A DNA stretch of 64,000 nt, taken from Neoechinorhynchus agilis (Eukaryota; Animalia; Acanthocephala). Made by a program: the position numbers and the translations under genes. Below are positions 26,984 to 40,569 of the stretch, one piece after another. The notes under the pieces are model-generated. The model worked only from the letters and a program-made list of their open reading frames with translations, was not told the DNA's origin and searched no databases. How positions within the stretch are numbered: position 1 is the stretch's first letter; the number at the start of each line of letters is the position of its first letter. Location: NCBI GenBank assembly GCA_051530055.1, contig CM121343.1, positions 714,389-778,388 of the forward strand, in the 5' to 3' direction.

Positions 26984-27544
26984 ATGAGTGATGATGATGA
27001 CGACTTTACGTTACCTGTTCAACTTATTGAACCAGCGGACCAACGAACTGAAGATGAGAGCAAAAAAGTCGAACTCATGATACGATTATTTCAACCGAGA
27101 ATCGACGATGAGCAAAACGCTTTGGCACACGCATTAGTGGCTGAGAGGGATAATTTGCAAGATGATATATTAAGACTTCGTTCTAGGATTCAGAATCTTC
27201 GGAAAATAATGGCTTACGAAGATGAATTGCAAATCGAAGCTCGAATGACGCCAAACGACGAATGGATTGGAGTTAACAATCAATTGGAATCGATCAATAC
27301 GATGATGATGACAAATGGCTTATCAATGGAAGAGAATACTCAGGAACTCCCGGAAATCGAAGCAGCATCCGATGATCTTGAAGTTACGGGTCCGCGAAGA
27401 CGTATCGCAGATTTTGGCCGCGAACAAGCAATTGTTTTGCATTTATCGGACTATCAATCATCTTCTTCTTCATTTGAAACTAACTATAGTTCTGGTTACT
27501 ATTCACTGAGCGGATATGATACTTTTTCAGAGAATTATGAGTGA
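26984..27544 (+). CDS. Intronless orphan ORF, 186 aa, acidic with a predicted coiled coil
   Basis: ATG-initiated ORF in AT-rich surroundings, TATAAA about 30 nt upstream, coding-like composition; no family recognised. Confidence 0.5.
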   Translation: MSDDDDDFTLPVQLIEPADQRTEDESKKVELMIRLFQPRIDDEQNALAHALVAERDNLQDDILRLRSRIQNLRKIMAYEDELQIEARMTPNDEWIGVNNQLESINTMMMTNGLSMEENTQELPEIEAASDDLEVTGPRRRIADFGREQAIVLHLSDYQSSSSSFETNYSSGYYSLSGYDTFSENYE

Positions 27545-28169
27545 ATACAAAAAGAACCTAAAAAATTGACGATATGTTACTATTAAACAACGCTTTCTAG
27601 ATTTCTAGCAACGATTTTGGGCCGTGGAGTAACACAAATATAGAAAAAATAGACGTTTTTATCGCTCGTCATCTATTCTGACTTCAAATGCGGCGAGCAA
27701 AATCGATCCAAATGCAGGGAATATCTTTTCCATTGAACGTCGTCGGTATTAAAGCTTTTAAAGTAACGCTGCCAATCGATCGATTTTTTCACTTTCGCTG
27801 AGTAGTCTAAAAACCTCTAAAATCGGAGATGTTTTTAAAGCTTTTTCATTTATGTCTTAAAAAAGGACGTAATCGATGATTGGAAAACCAGTCCGTGCCA
27901 CCGGAACGTTACGACTTTTGCCTTGTTTACTCATTCAAATGGTTGTTACAAAACTCAAATTCTTCGAGGACTAAAGAATACTCAAAAGATCATTTGATTT
28001 TTTTGGCTGCTCTTTCATTGCTCTCTCGAAGATAAAATCGAACTGCTTTTTAGTATTACGAATAATTTATAATTGGACAAACCGCTCCGTTACCACCTTT
28101 ATATAAAATTCATTTAAAAGATTCCAATTATATATCTATGGTTCAAAACGCTGGCATTTTGAATCATGA

Positions 28170-28950
28170 GTCCAAAGTTTTTGATTCCTGTGATTGCTGA
28201 GGAGATACTAGTTTGAAACATCATCAGTATAAAACCTTTTTTGGATTCGATAGCAATCAAAATTTGAAAATTTCTCCTTCAAGACGCCAAATTTAGGATT
28301 TTATGACGCTTGTTAACTTAAATTTCACAAGGAGAATTAGTGCTGTTCATTGGAAATTCAGTGTAGTCTGCAATCCTTTTTAGCATTCCAAAATAATATT
28401 AACGAGTTTCATTATTGAACAAAGAATAGGACCCATCTACTTTTGGGTCAAATGATTTGTTAAATGAATGTGGCTGTTGATTTTGGAGTGGATTGCAGGT
28501 CGGATGGGAATTACGGCTTCAGTCAATTATTCACTCACCTTGATTAGGCATCCAAATAAAAACCACGGAGGAAGATTGCTAGAAACATTGACGAATGAAA
28601 AGTATTGATTGGGACAATTGTGATTCCAAATGTTTCTTTTCGGTAGAATTTTTAATGGAGATCGAGCTAATCTCAGTTGGGTTTTGAAGAATATTTCGAA
28701 CTCGCATTTGCAACCAGAATTTTGTACAAACATTAAAAATTTTAGAGACCGGCGATCAATCCCACTCGGTTTGGATCTTTAACTTGCGAGAATCTATAGC
28801 GGGCAAAGATTCAATAGTTTTAGTATTAAGGATCTTGTGCATCGGATATTCCGCATTTATTTTAGAATATTGTCATCGTTATTAATAGGTCTGCTCAAAT
28901 TGTGCATGTTCTGGAGGAGATGAATGTATTTTGTTAAGACCCAACCTTCA
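28170..28950 (-). mobile_element. Highly degenerate Penelope-like element fragment (RT C-terminus / GIY-YIG)
   Basis: Broken frames give NAEYP (cf. NGYP), FEIFFKT, SSVVF and INSHIHLTNH...ILCS...IILE...TTLNFQ, followed by a CTGATGATG remnant at ~28225. Confidence 0.35.
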
Positions 28951-28964
28951 GAATTTCGGAGCAG

Positions 28965-29215
28965 AAATCATTCACACCATCGCCCTGGATCTCTCTAGGT
29001 GCCGTCCTGGTGTAAGGGTCGAATGGACGGATGCAGCGTTCCCTCGTTGGCTCTGTTTTGTAGGATAAATATTCCTGATCTCGGATCGCCAGTGATTCGT
29101 CTCAATCTTTTAGACAATTGATTGACCAGGTCCTTTGCCGCGGTACCAAACGATCGGAGTGTTTCGACGCCAAAGGGAACAAAATAATGATTTCGACTCA
29201 GGGGACCGACTTTTA
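28965..29215 (-). mobile_element. CRE-clade element 3' fragment
   Basis: Homologous to 61700-61970 (HYFVPFGVETL...LSKRLRRI...QRGNAASV), ending at gtgaatgat. Confidence 0.85.
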
Positions 29216-29798
29216 GAAACCTGTTAAAAAAATTTAAACAACAATCTATATTTTATTGAGTTTTCGACTTACTGTTCAGCCTTAATGAATGCTACAGTTA
29301 AAATCATGAACGTCAAGCGATAGAGACTGCAAATAACATGAAGCAAAATTCAAGTGATTGAAAACGTTAAGATTAGTGCATCGATTAACTGTGCCCCATA
29401 AGTGAAGAGCTGAAAAATATATGAATTATTGGGTTACGGCCTTTCCAATAAAAGTGTAATTAAGAATTTTGCATTTTAAAGAAAACTCGAAAAGATAATT
29501 TTTAATTTTTTTATGGAGAGCAATTTTCCCGTTCTCAAATTGAGATCACCGAATGATTTGATATTTGACAGATTAAGACAGGTAAACATTTTACTAATGT
29601 CTTAGATTTTTATTTTTGCTGGTCTAATTCAGTTGTTCGCAACGAATAGGACCGCGTTTCAGTTGTAAACAATCGGATCCTATTGTAAATTATCTCGAGA
29701 GGAATACGCGTTCCTTACACTAAGATTTTATTTTTATTTATAAACTGAACGGTAATTAGAAATGTTATATTAGTGTTCACCCAGTAAATATTTTTTAA

Positions 29799-29976
29799 TT
29801 GTCGATAGGAGAAAATAAATGAAATTAAGAATTTATTGATTTGATATTTCGATCCACTATCTCGGATTTATTCGCAGCGAATAAAACACTTACAATCGCT
29901 GAAGAAGATCCGAGATAGTGGATCGGAATATCAAATCAATAAATTCTTAATTTCATTTATTTTCTCCCATCAACAA
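29799..29976. repeat. Near-perfect inverted repeat (two ~69-bp arms, 40-nt loop containing a 9-bp hairpin)
   Basis: Arm 29799-29867 is the reverse complement of 29908-29976 with few mismatches; the loop contains tttattcgc-a-gcgaataaa. Confidence 0.93.
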
Positions 29977-30550
29977 ATAACAATGAATCAACATAAATAT
30001 TTTTTTAATAAATACTTTTCATCGTGAAGACTTTTAAATAACACTTTTAATCATATACTCCGGTACTTCCTAAAATAAAGACATATTTAACAATGATAAA
30101 TTTTTACAAACGTGGAAAATATTCTTTATTTTTTCTTTTCAAAAAGAAATTTAAATAATTTGACTTCATTGTCTCATGAAGGCGTAAACTATTATTCTAT
30201 CCTGATAACCAAACATTGACAGGCTCTTAATAATAAAATGAGAGTTAATCCTCCAACTCCGCCTTAAATAGCTAACAAATGACCAATATGAATAGCGCCT
30301 GTTAAAACTGATGGCAGCAGGTGTTTATTTTCTTTTCAAGTGACATCCAAGTATAGACAGTTGATGGCACTCATGTGCTAGCAATCTTAGGTGAGGAAAT
30401 AAAAGGAAAGATGTATTTAGATTTTTTGCCTTTTCTATACAAACACTCATAGATCCGATGATGTTGTTGTTAATGATGATGATGATGACGATGGTCGTGG
30501 TGGTGATGGTTTAGTGGCTTATTTACATGCCAGTTTAGAATTTGGTCTTT

Positions 30551-32571
30551 TTAGCGTATTTGAGGGTTGTTATTGGGATCCTCGAAACCGCAGTTTCCAT
30601 TATTTGTGGTGTACATTCCATAAACCGAAGAATCTGAATTTTGCATTGAGTTGCTCGGTTGCAAGATTTGACAATGTTCTTGTGTTCGCAGTGATGTTAC
30701 ATTTTGAGGATAATATTGGTTTGGATCGTATTGCTGTTGATGAGCAGATTGTGAAATAGCTGCCGCATTCACGTCTTGGCTAGGAATTATGCGTTGAGCA
30801 TTGGAAGCAGGATTATAACCATTGGGAGCAAGCGGTCGCCAGTGATGATGGTGGTGGTGGTGGTAAGAACTGATATCGACAGGTCCAATATGACCATTGG
30901 CAAGTTCATTTGAAATAGGACTCGCAGCAATCATCGGCACAGCACTTCTGCTCATCTCTCGAAGCTAGAAAAAAGAATGGAAGATGTTGGTATTAATTAT
31001 AAATAAGGACGAAATTATATTAAGGCATGTGAGCCTGAAGAAGTCACTAGACATCCTAAGCTCCAGGGATACAATGATGGCATTTCGATGATAATGCAAT
31101 CACGTTCTCCAATCTGTCTCTATAAATATTTTAAATGGAATTAAATAATGGCATTATGGATCGTGCTTAGTGGTGCCCTGGGATCATCAATGTATATGTA
31201 CTCACCCGTTCTTGTTCTTGAAGTTGTTTTATCATCAATGAACGCTTCTTGTCTTTACATCTCTTATTTTGAAACCAAACACGGATTACTCTAGGAGTTA
31301 AGCCCGTCATCTCACAAAGCTGCTCTTTCATTAATGCATCCGGGCGAGGATTGTTGTTGTAGCATGTTCGGAGTGTCTGCAGTTGCTTTTCGTTCAAAAC
31401 AGTCCGAACACGAGTTGTTTTGGGCTTTTTAGCTAAATTAACAGCCTGACCTAAATCATTATCAGTCTTCGTTTCACTTTCAACAGTTGCTAAATTTTTT
31501 GAAGAGAAAAATACAATTAGTCAATAATCTAAATAACTTAGCAGCCCTACATTTACTTTCACTTTTTATTGATAATTGTTTTGGTTGGTTTTCCATCGAT
31601 GGCCAATCTTTCTTGCAAAATAATTTTTCTCCAGTCCACATATATTCATCACCATTGCATATTGCAGTAAAGCATAAATCACATTTAAAACATTCGCAAT
31701 GGAATGCCCTTGAATTTATTCTCATTACGGAATCATCAGATGTAAATGATGTTTTACACTTGATGCAATTTCCACTGAACAATCTAAATTCGACATGTAA
31801 AATAGCACAGATAAATTTTTTTAATAAAAAAAGTTCGTATAAAAACGGCCTAATTTTTTTATCTAACAGTACAAATAAAAATAACAAAATCTGTAATTAG
31901 CTCTGATTATCAACCAATTACGTAATTCTCGTCCATATGTTGTTTAACGACCAAAAAATGGTTGGTGGGCGTGTACACTATGGTTTATTAGGTGCTGTCA
32001 CAACAAGACGGTCCATTAGTTCGAGTCTTATCGAATAAACACGCTTAAATAATTTTTAGAAGTGCGAGGAAAGGCGTTCCTAATGTAGCGAACTGCACTT
32101 CTCTTGATGTCGAAATTAAATAATGTCAAATTTTGACAACTGGTCACCTGTGCCGCCGGCAGCAAAAATTCAAAGCACTTACTTGGCATAGTCTGATTTG
32201 CAATAAATTTTGGATGATTGGACAAAGCATGTACAGTCCTCATCCAATAATTCACCACATTCTTCACACTTTAAACAGCTCCTATGCAGTTTTATACCGG
32301 GGGCGGTATTGTAAATATATTCATCATCGATTGATTTTGAGCATTTGAAACATAGAGGATCTTCTTCGATGTAATACATATCGGTAGTTTTTCTTTTATT
32401 TTGCAGACTGTATTCTTTTTTGTTAGATGCCAAGCCACGATCGTCGAATCTGGGCCAGCATCGAAATTGACAATTTTCCATATCGGGTAATGGTGGCGGT
32501 TGTTGTTGTTGTGGTGGTGGTGGTGGTGGATATTCGAGCATTGGAGAAAAGATGCGTTTTCTGGAGTCCAT
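30551..32571 (-). CDS. ISL1: Islet-class LIM-homeodomain transcription factor (4 coding exons mapped)
   Basis: LIM1 (CFKC...[10 protein letters not shown]...CKSDY), LIM2 (CIKC...[10 protein letters not shown]...CKKD), homeodomain [20 protein letters not shown]...[35 protein letters not shown], and LBD-like VPMIAASP; GT-AG junctions at 32182/31784, 31556/31491 and 31205/30965. Confidence 0.95.
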
Positions 32572-33180
32572 TCTAGAACGAAGAAAAAAGGTTTCATTAC
32601 GAGCAACAAGAGGCCAACACGAAAATGTATGTTTTAAGGCAATATATCAAATACTGTCATTAAAGGCAGCTTCTTTAATGTAAGCCATCTTATGTCAGTG
32701 CAGCAAGTCCTTGTACATACACGAGTATAAAGGAGCAAAAACGAGTAGATAAATATATAATGGATGGTGCAATGGAATATGTAAGCAAAAAAAAGGATTC
32801 TTTACTCTTTTTTTTTGCGATGTGATCTTCGAAAAGATTTCAGCTACCTTTAACGAAGCCGGGAGATATAAGTCACATACATATGGCTACCATAATAACC
32901 TCTTCCTCTTCCTCAGGCGATTTACTACAACCCGACACCACCACCCCCCATTACGATGAAAGCTCTCTTATGGTTGCCGTGTTTACAAACACTTCCTGCC
33001 TGTCGTAAAATCTAGCTGCCAATAAAAAATCAAGCCTTCTACAGCGACTCTAATGTGACTACTGCTGTTGGCTGTGTGGTGCCATCAGCCCCACATATAC
33101 GATGGATGCAAAGAGAAACATTAATTCGCACAAGCAACGATTCGTTGTCGTATACTCTGTACAGCATAATGGGGAGCCGC

Positions 33181-33222
33181 GCGCATGCGTATAGACATAA
33201 TCTGCTTTTAACCTGATTGGCT
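33181..33222 (-). promoter_or_regulatory. Candidate promoter elements upstream of Islet (NRF1-like GCGCATGCG; NF-Y CCAAT box)
   Basis: gcgcatgcgt at 33181-33190 and AGCCAATCAG (minus strand) at 33213-33222, about 600 bp upstream of the Islet ATG; motif match only. Confidence 0.3.
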
Positions 33223-36200
33223 AGGAATAAAGAAAACAGAAAGAAGCCGATTTCAGTAATCATAAACCAACGAAATCATGTCGCTCAAAAAAAATACGTT
33301 GAACATTCAATATGCTTTCGCATTTTTGTAAACGAAATTCGCCCAAAAATGTGCGGAAAATTCATCGCTTAATATTTAAAGTCATACACATTTGTTACTT
33401 AATAATTCTAATAAATATGGGCGTTGTAAAATTTACATTATCCGCCCTCTTTTATAAGATTCCATTAAATCCATTAGGGCCCTTTGTTCCAAGAACTATA
33501 GATTACTTTTATTTAGAAGAAAAGCAAGGGGTACTCGTGTACAAGTATCTCAGAAATTTTTTCAATACGAGTGCTATATATTATTGGAGACATCGTCGAT
33601 GTTATTCAAAAAAAATCAAAATTTACCAAGAGTTTAATTTTTAAATTAAGGCTGAATATGAACGAAATGTTGAGTGAATTTTATTCATTTGGATACTCGG
33701 CTTTATGGAAGACGCAAATTAGTCCTAAAAATTATAAATTTAGTAATTCGGATGCAATCTTTAACATATCTATGTGCTTGATAAAGGACTACCGATTTAA
33801 ATTTATCACCTTGCAGAACCTTTACAAGCGAGTTGAAAGGAATTGCGACCGTATTTATATCTGGTCAGGTGCGAAAATCAACTGCTTCAGGTTCTTGATT
33901 GAGTTTCCGAGTAAATGGGAGATGAAGTTGATAATGGAGTAAATTGCTCAAAAGCGATCAATGTTCGTTTGATGCTCCGCTAAGCGGAATTACAGAAGCA
34001 AGCACTATTAGATAAATGGGTTTGATTAGTTTTCGGCTCCTACTATTATTTTAGGTTATGCTTACACTGAGCACGGGGAAGCATATCAACGTGTTTAAAA
34101 AGATGAAATCAAATTCCATCAGGTGATTTTTTTGCGATCATCTCGAAGCTCATTGGACATTATATGAATCGAAGAATTCTACGAATTTGAACAGAGAACA
34201 GTCTACAAATCGTCAGAATTAAAATTTAATTATTCAAAGGTTTAGACATCCGCATTGATTTCCATAAGTCTTCATTTTAGTCTTACATAGAGCAAGACTT
34301 AATGTGGCAGCATTAACATGCAAATTTCTTTTACTGTTAAGCTTTTACTTAAGTGCAAAGACAGATAATTGCTCAAAGTGTTGTAGAATCTATTATAATA
34401 GACCTAATGAGCAACTATAGCACAGTCGAGAGTTTTAGCGGATTATGTTAATGACAGGATGCATGCTATGGCAAAAGAAAGGACTTTCAATTGTAATTAT
34501 ATGATGAGAATTTGCATTTGTCACAATCATCACACCTAATCGTTTATAGGTTCGTTTGTATTGACAGAGCTGTTCGTTTTAAAGTACAAAAAAGAAAGGA
34601 TATATTTGAGTCATTGAAGCAAAAATGCGTTTCTGAATATTAGAGCGATGATAATCTCCTCGATGTTAAAATCAATAATATTTCAAAGGAGTTTCGTAGA
34701 AAAGAGTCAACTACACCCGCCCACACAATTTTCTAGTGATCCCTAATTATTTCCGTTTGAGTATCACTTGAGAAGTCCTCAGTGTTGCTGCAATCAAGTC
34801 GGCATGGTTTTAAGCGTGAAGATAGATTAACGCTGCTATTGGTCGCAGTTTCTTAACATGATTGCACAGATGATTGGCAACAATTAACCAAAATGTGCCA
34901 ATATCATTTCCTTTCTGAGTTATCTAACACTTTAACACGTATCAGATGGAGTGCAGACAATCAGATAGTTGCTGCGTCCCTTCGCTAAACTTGCAATAGT
35001 TGATGTTAATTGTTTTCGAAATTTGCTTGATTGTTTCAGAAATCGTATCAAGACTACGGAAACTTTATCGCTAAGGGATACAAGAGAGTGGATACTGCCT
35101 GTGGCTCTATAACAATAAACAATAACGAGCCTTAAGGTGGTTGCCATTCCTTTGATGAAATGTCTATAGTCGCATTATGAAACTAGATCGTTGTGCAGCC
35201 CTCCGTTAATCCCTCAAATGTTTGATCTAAATGCTTTCTCTGTTTACCTAATTCCTACTGAGACAAAACATTTATTTCTACTTAAAATGGGCGTGGTCCC
35301 AACGTGAAGTTGTTCTTCGTCAAATATTTGGATTAAAATTTGTCAATATGCGCAAAAATGTTGCAATTCAAAACGAAAATGGCACACTTGTAAACGATTT
35401 TCTAATTTTGGTATCCATATTTATTTTGAACTTGTTTTTTGATTTATATTAAAAAATTAATACCTCAAAATATTCTCATTATCTGAGTAATCTGTAGTGT
35501 TTAGTAGCTTTCGTTTTTCATGTGGACCTTCTTCGTATCATTCTTTTATTCTGTGTTTGCCCACAAATTTTTTAAACTCACATTCATCACATTGTTTCAT
35601 TCGGCTTTTCAATGATGAATATTAAGTTATCTTCACATATTTCGATCTATAACAATTGCTGAAATCTTCACTAATATTGTTAGAGCTTTTTGATAACGTC
35701 TAACAGCTTGGCAAACTCCAGGTTCCTAAGACAGCGTTATGAGCAGTACCCTTAATTGCAGCGATTTTGTATTCAGCATAAATATAGTTAATTATTTCAA
35801 AAATATTGGGCGCGGGAATAATTTTTCCAGTGGTCATTACGCTGTAATGCATTCATTTTGAGTTTCGGTGTTCGATAAAAATGGAATCGGGGAGTTTAAA
35901 CCGTTGCGCTATAAAGTTCAACAATCAAGTACAATGACTTACTTTAGTAGCATTTTGATAGAATTTTATGCCGATCTCTAAATACTCATTCCTTCGAGTA
36001 AAGAAACTTTGTACGGCACAAGCATCCCAGCAGCAACCAATCAGCGAGAAATACAGCGTGTGAATTTTCAAAGATGATTTATGCCTAAACGTTCATTTTA
36101 AGCAAAGTTTCTTCTTACAGTGGATTCATGCGTAGAAGATATTACTCAAATTCGGTGGAGGTTAGAATTTTTTTAATTATGATGAGTAGCGAGAACTGCA

Positions 36201-37558
36201 TTTTTTTCATAGCTGAATTTTTGGATTATCGTTAACTACGATATCTGCTGATTTTGCGAGCGAGAGATTTTATGCGGTTGATTTACACGTAAACAATGAA
36301 TTTCGCTAAAAAATTCTATCTGTAATTTCATTCGGCGTTCAGTACATTAATTTACAGATCACAATGGTAAAGTAAATAAATTGTTGGCATTTATTCAAAA
36401 CAATTTTATTTACAATTAATACAGTTTAGCTGTAATTTGGATATTTAAAACATTAAAACGTGATGTTCATTCTTGATACAAAAAATTCTGCCGATCGGAT
36501 AACGGAAATGAACTCGTAGCGGCAATCAAATTTCAATGTGCTTGATATTTCAGTAAAAATTTACAGTTGTTAGTTATCCCCTCAATATCGACTCACTCTA
36601 CATTCAACTGTTTGACAGAATATTCCCATTAACTTCGCTTCGAGCAAGTAATTAATTCTAAGCCGCCGCTTACTCTGAAGTCAGATTTTCAGAAATCCTT
36701 TAGATTAGATGACCCAATATGCATTGTTATTAGCGATTTGACTTTGGCATTTTGTCAATGGAGGCTAAAACATTTCAAACTTGTCGTTTCTTCGAGTATA
36801 TCGAAATTTCTAGCTTTGACCCGACGCTGCATAATTCGCAAGTAAACTTCGTTAAAATCTCTTAGTCAAACATAATCACTTAACAAGTCACAGACGCGCG
36901 ACAAATTAATTTTTCTATAATTAACATAGCTCCCGGCTTTTTAAATTCAAAAATATCAGAGGTCAGTGATTACCAATGTAGTATTTCTCAGGGAAGCTGT
37001 CGTTCGAATCGCTCAAGTGGACGATATTATCACTCAAATTGACATCACAAATAGAAAAATCATATCTTTGGATTGTATTTAAATAAATCTTTATATTCTA
37101 TGCATATAAGCAACGCATTTTTTTAAAATGCCTAATTCGATGACAAATTGAAGAAAACCAAGAGTTTGATAAAAAAACCGTTTTTTCGAAATCTGAAAAA
37201 ATGCTTTAATAGGCTACTCAATGCCGAATATATTTTTCAAGGTCAGAACCATGCACTTAAAAAAATAAACAAGATCGTAATCTAAAGATGAGATTACTTT
37301 TTATCCTTAAATCTGGAGTGTATATATCTTTATACTTAAAACGATCGACTGAAAAGGACTCCAATTTGAATGGTTATCAACTGAATAATAAAATCAATAA
37401 ATAGCCAAAAATAAACTTTTTCATTTAAAATGCTATTTTGTAGCCATCGCCAATTCACCTAGAAAATACGCAAAATTAACAGAACAAGTAAATCCAAGAG
37501 TTTGCGTTTGTTGCCAAAGAAAACTCGTGATTCTCATTTTTCGTATGTGACAGTTGTG

Positions 37559-37783
37559 AAGGTTGCTAGAAGGCTCCTAGCTGCTTGAAATTAGAGACGG
37601 ATTCCTTTATGCCCAAAAGACGTTTTCGATTGTTCGTGCATCGAAAGGAATCGATGAATCCATCGTTCAAATTAAATATAAAGGTTGCTAGAAGACTCCT
37701 AGCTGCGTGAAATTAGAGACGGATTCCTTTATGCCCAAAAGACGTTTTCGATTGTTCGTGCATCGAAAGGAATCGATGAATCC
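37559..37783. repeat. Tandem duplication, 122-bp period, about 1.85 copies
   Basis: aaggttgctagaa...gaatcgatgaatcc starts at 37559 and at 37681 with about 2 mismatches. Confidence 0.95.
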
Positions 37784-39041
37784 TGCAATTTATAAAGATG
37801 TGAGGTTGAGTGTTTATTAAAATCGCTCACGGCTTCTTCGCTACTTTCATTTTTATCCAACTAAGGAAAGAATTGATTTTATTCAAACACTCCCGCTGAT
37901 GTACCCTAAATTTGTGCTTTAGTCGTAAAATTACTATAATCATTAGTTATGTGATTTCAGAATTAGTAATAGTTTAATTTAGAAAGTTTAGCACCTAAAA
38001 CTTTGAAGCGAAAAATTGTTCCAATGCACGTAAAAAAATTAGAGTAGAAGAACGCCTAAAGCGTCAAAATCCATCATGGATACAGATGATTTGGCTCAAA
38101 GAAGTACAATCACGCATTCTTTTTTCAGAAGCAGAAGGGGATTTTCGGTCATTAGGACACATTTCACGGAACACTGCAACAATATGGCACATGTAACTAA
38201 TTGCATAAATTGAATACTTCGAAATAATTATAGTCAGAGCTCTACTGATTATTCTTACCAACTGATTTAAACCAATGATAAAAAGAAGCTCAACCGGAGA
38301 AATTTTTTGTACTTGTGGATGTTAGCACTTCTGTAAGTTTGAATCATTCGACGTTTCTTAGCAAAAAATTCTAAAAACTGAAGCAGTTGTCTCGTCGTAT
38401 CCTCAAGTGATTGATTCCGGCGGCCGTTTGATTAAATAGTTTAATTTCATGACCAATCGAGATCCGTTCAAGTTCTGGTTTTTAATCAGTGTCTTCTTGA
38501 GGTTGACAAAACAATTCTTTTTTCTTGAGATATAAAGCTTTCAGCTGAGCGTGCAAAAGCTTTAAATTTATCCCACACTACTGGACTGACGGAAAAATAT
38601 CGCCGATTCTCTGTTTACAGCCAATTTTCAAGATCTGGGCGGTTGTAAGCATTGACTGTTGAATCTCACTTGCTAATACTCATGAAAATGGTAGCCATTT
38701 CGTTCGAACAGTCTAGCATTGAACAAGTCAACGAGTCAAGTATCTCTTCGAAATCCAACGATGTTAATAATCGCATAATGGTTCATGGACCGTCAGTTGT
38801 ATGTATAATTATGCGCCACGGCTACATTCCCAACGTTGCCATGGTTTTTGGTTATCAATGATCTTTATAAACCAATCCCCATGGAAACCAATCAGAAATA
38901 TAAACCTAAAAGATTCCCTGTAGATAACGACATCCGTCCTGCTTCATTGTTTTTGTTTATTGCAAGGAACAAAGGCGATAATGAATCATCCAAAGAGATC
39001 CGTTAAAGCACATGGTACAATAGAACGAATAATTTATCCGC

Positions 39042-39175
39042 GAGCTTTATTATTGAAAATAATCACTTATTTCTCTGTGTACAATTGCACACCTTCGTTT
39101 TTTCACTGTAAGATTCCCTTCCAGTAACCGAAATTGAGTAGGACAGCATTCTGATCCGGATAATCGACGTTCCGT
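39042..39175 (-). repeat. Dispersed inverted fragment of the ~354-bp repeat unit
   Basis: Reverse complement of ggaacgtcgattatccggatcagaatgctgtcctactcaattt...cgaaggtg...aagtgattattttcaataataaag. Confidence 0.9.
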
Positions 39176-40079
39176 TGTATTTTAATCAAGCTTCACAGGC
39201 GGTCTATACGAGTGCAAAACGTAACTATCCAATATTCCGATTGACTACACGCAGTAAATTCGAAAAATGCTAAAGTTATTGTATGGCCTTTCCGTGAATC
39301 TACGCAAATCGAAACGAAAACCATTCTATGAAGGGGAAAGGCAAGTATTGATGCGAATTATTTTATAGAATTTACTTTTCTATTTTACTGACAAATTTAA
39401 TACCGAACTTTGCGAACGAACAGTTCTAGACAAGATATTGAACCAACATTGTTTTCGATACATGTTCGGTTTTTATACGGCTTCCAACTGCCTCATATTT
39501 TATATCGTGTGCATTCACGCAAAATCAAAAAGTCGATTTAAACTGCGGTTTGTCTAAATACGCAATTGCCGCTTGCGGATTGAAATCCTAAAATCTTACA
39601 TATATTTTAAGCTTCTATTTTAATTCTTTATTCAATCTGAGCGATCTGACGCATCCGAACATTCGTTTCATAATTTTCGCCACAAAAGATAAAATGGATT
39701 GATTTTTATATAGCTTTCGCTTTTGTTTCAAACATACAGAACTTAGTAAAGCGCTGCTTAACGCTTACCATGTTGCTAGAGCAAAATACTCATTTTTAAA
39801 AACTCAGCATGATTGTCGATTTGGATAAACATACTATCGTTCATGAATGAAACCTTTACGTACTTCTTCATTTTTAAAAATAGCGACGGAAAGAGATTTT
39901 GTCCACTTTAGTCAATCTTAATACTAAGCTTAAAATTAGTTACATTGGCATCTTAATAGGTATAAAACATCCTTCTGTTAGTACCATTTTCACCAACCAT
40001 AACAACCCCGCTTGATCGATTTATCGGTGGGTTGCAGTCCATTTTAGTTGATACAACTAAGGCTGCAAAATTTCTGCAC

Positions 40080-40510
40080 CAATCACAAACTTTACCTGAA
40101 CCTCTCTAAATGCTTCGAAATGATCCCCCTAATCTCCCGTATACCCATAACGTACCTCGAGCTTACAAATGACATCTAACGAGTCACCTCGCTCAAAATT
40201 CTGGGTCTACAATTTCAATCAAATCTGAAACGGGACTCCCACATTGCACTTTTCCTCGAGCGTAAAACCATTAAAATTTACCTCTTAAACGCCTCCGCCA
40301 TTTAGGAGTACTTTCGTCCAATTTCTGCAAATTTTACTACAGCTTTATTTTATCCTGCCTCACCTACGGTCATCCCGTCCTTTGAAACCTGTCCAAATCA
40401 CAATAAAGTCCCCTTGAAACGTTTCATAGAAGAGCCTTTAAAATTGTCACAATTGGTTTTCCCCTTTTAAACAAACAATCCTCACAAACTCTTTTACGAC
40501 AAATAACCAC
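40080..40510 (+). mobile_element. Fragment of the CR1-group LINE family (post-RT region)
   Basis: Homologous to 22350-22780 and 54620-55030 (ctctctaaatgcttcgaaatgatcccc...caatttcaatcaaatctgaaa..gggactc). Confidence 0.85.
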
Positions 40511-40569
40511 CAACTTTTTCACCCGATCGGATCAGTCATCCACTTCAAAATCAACAGCCAGATTTAAGG

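Noticed and set aside
33300-39000. Short ORFs in the AT-rich region upstream of Islet
   Set aside because: Low-complexity, non-ATG or motif-free frames; most likely intergenic or regulatory DNA.
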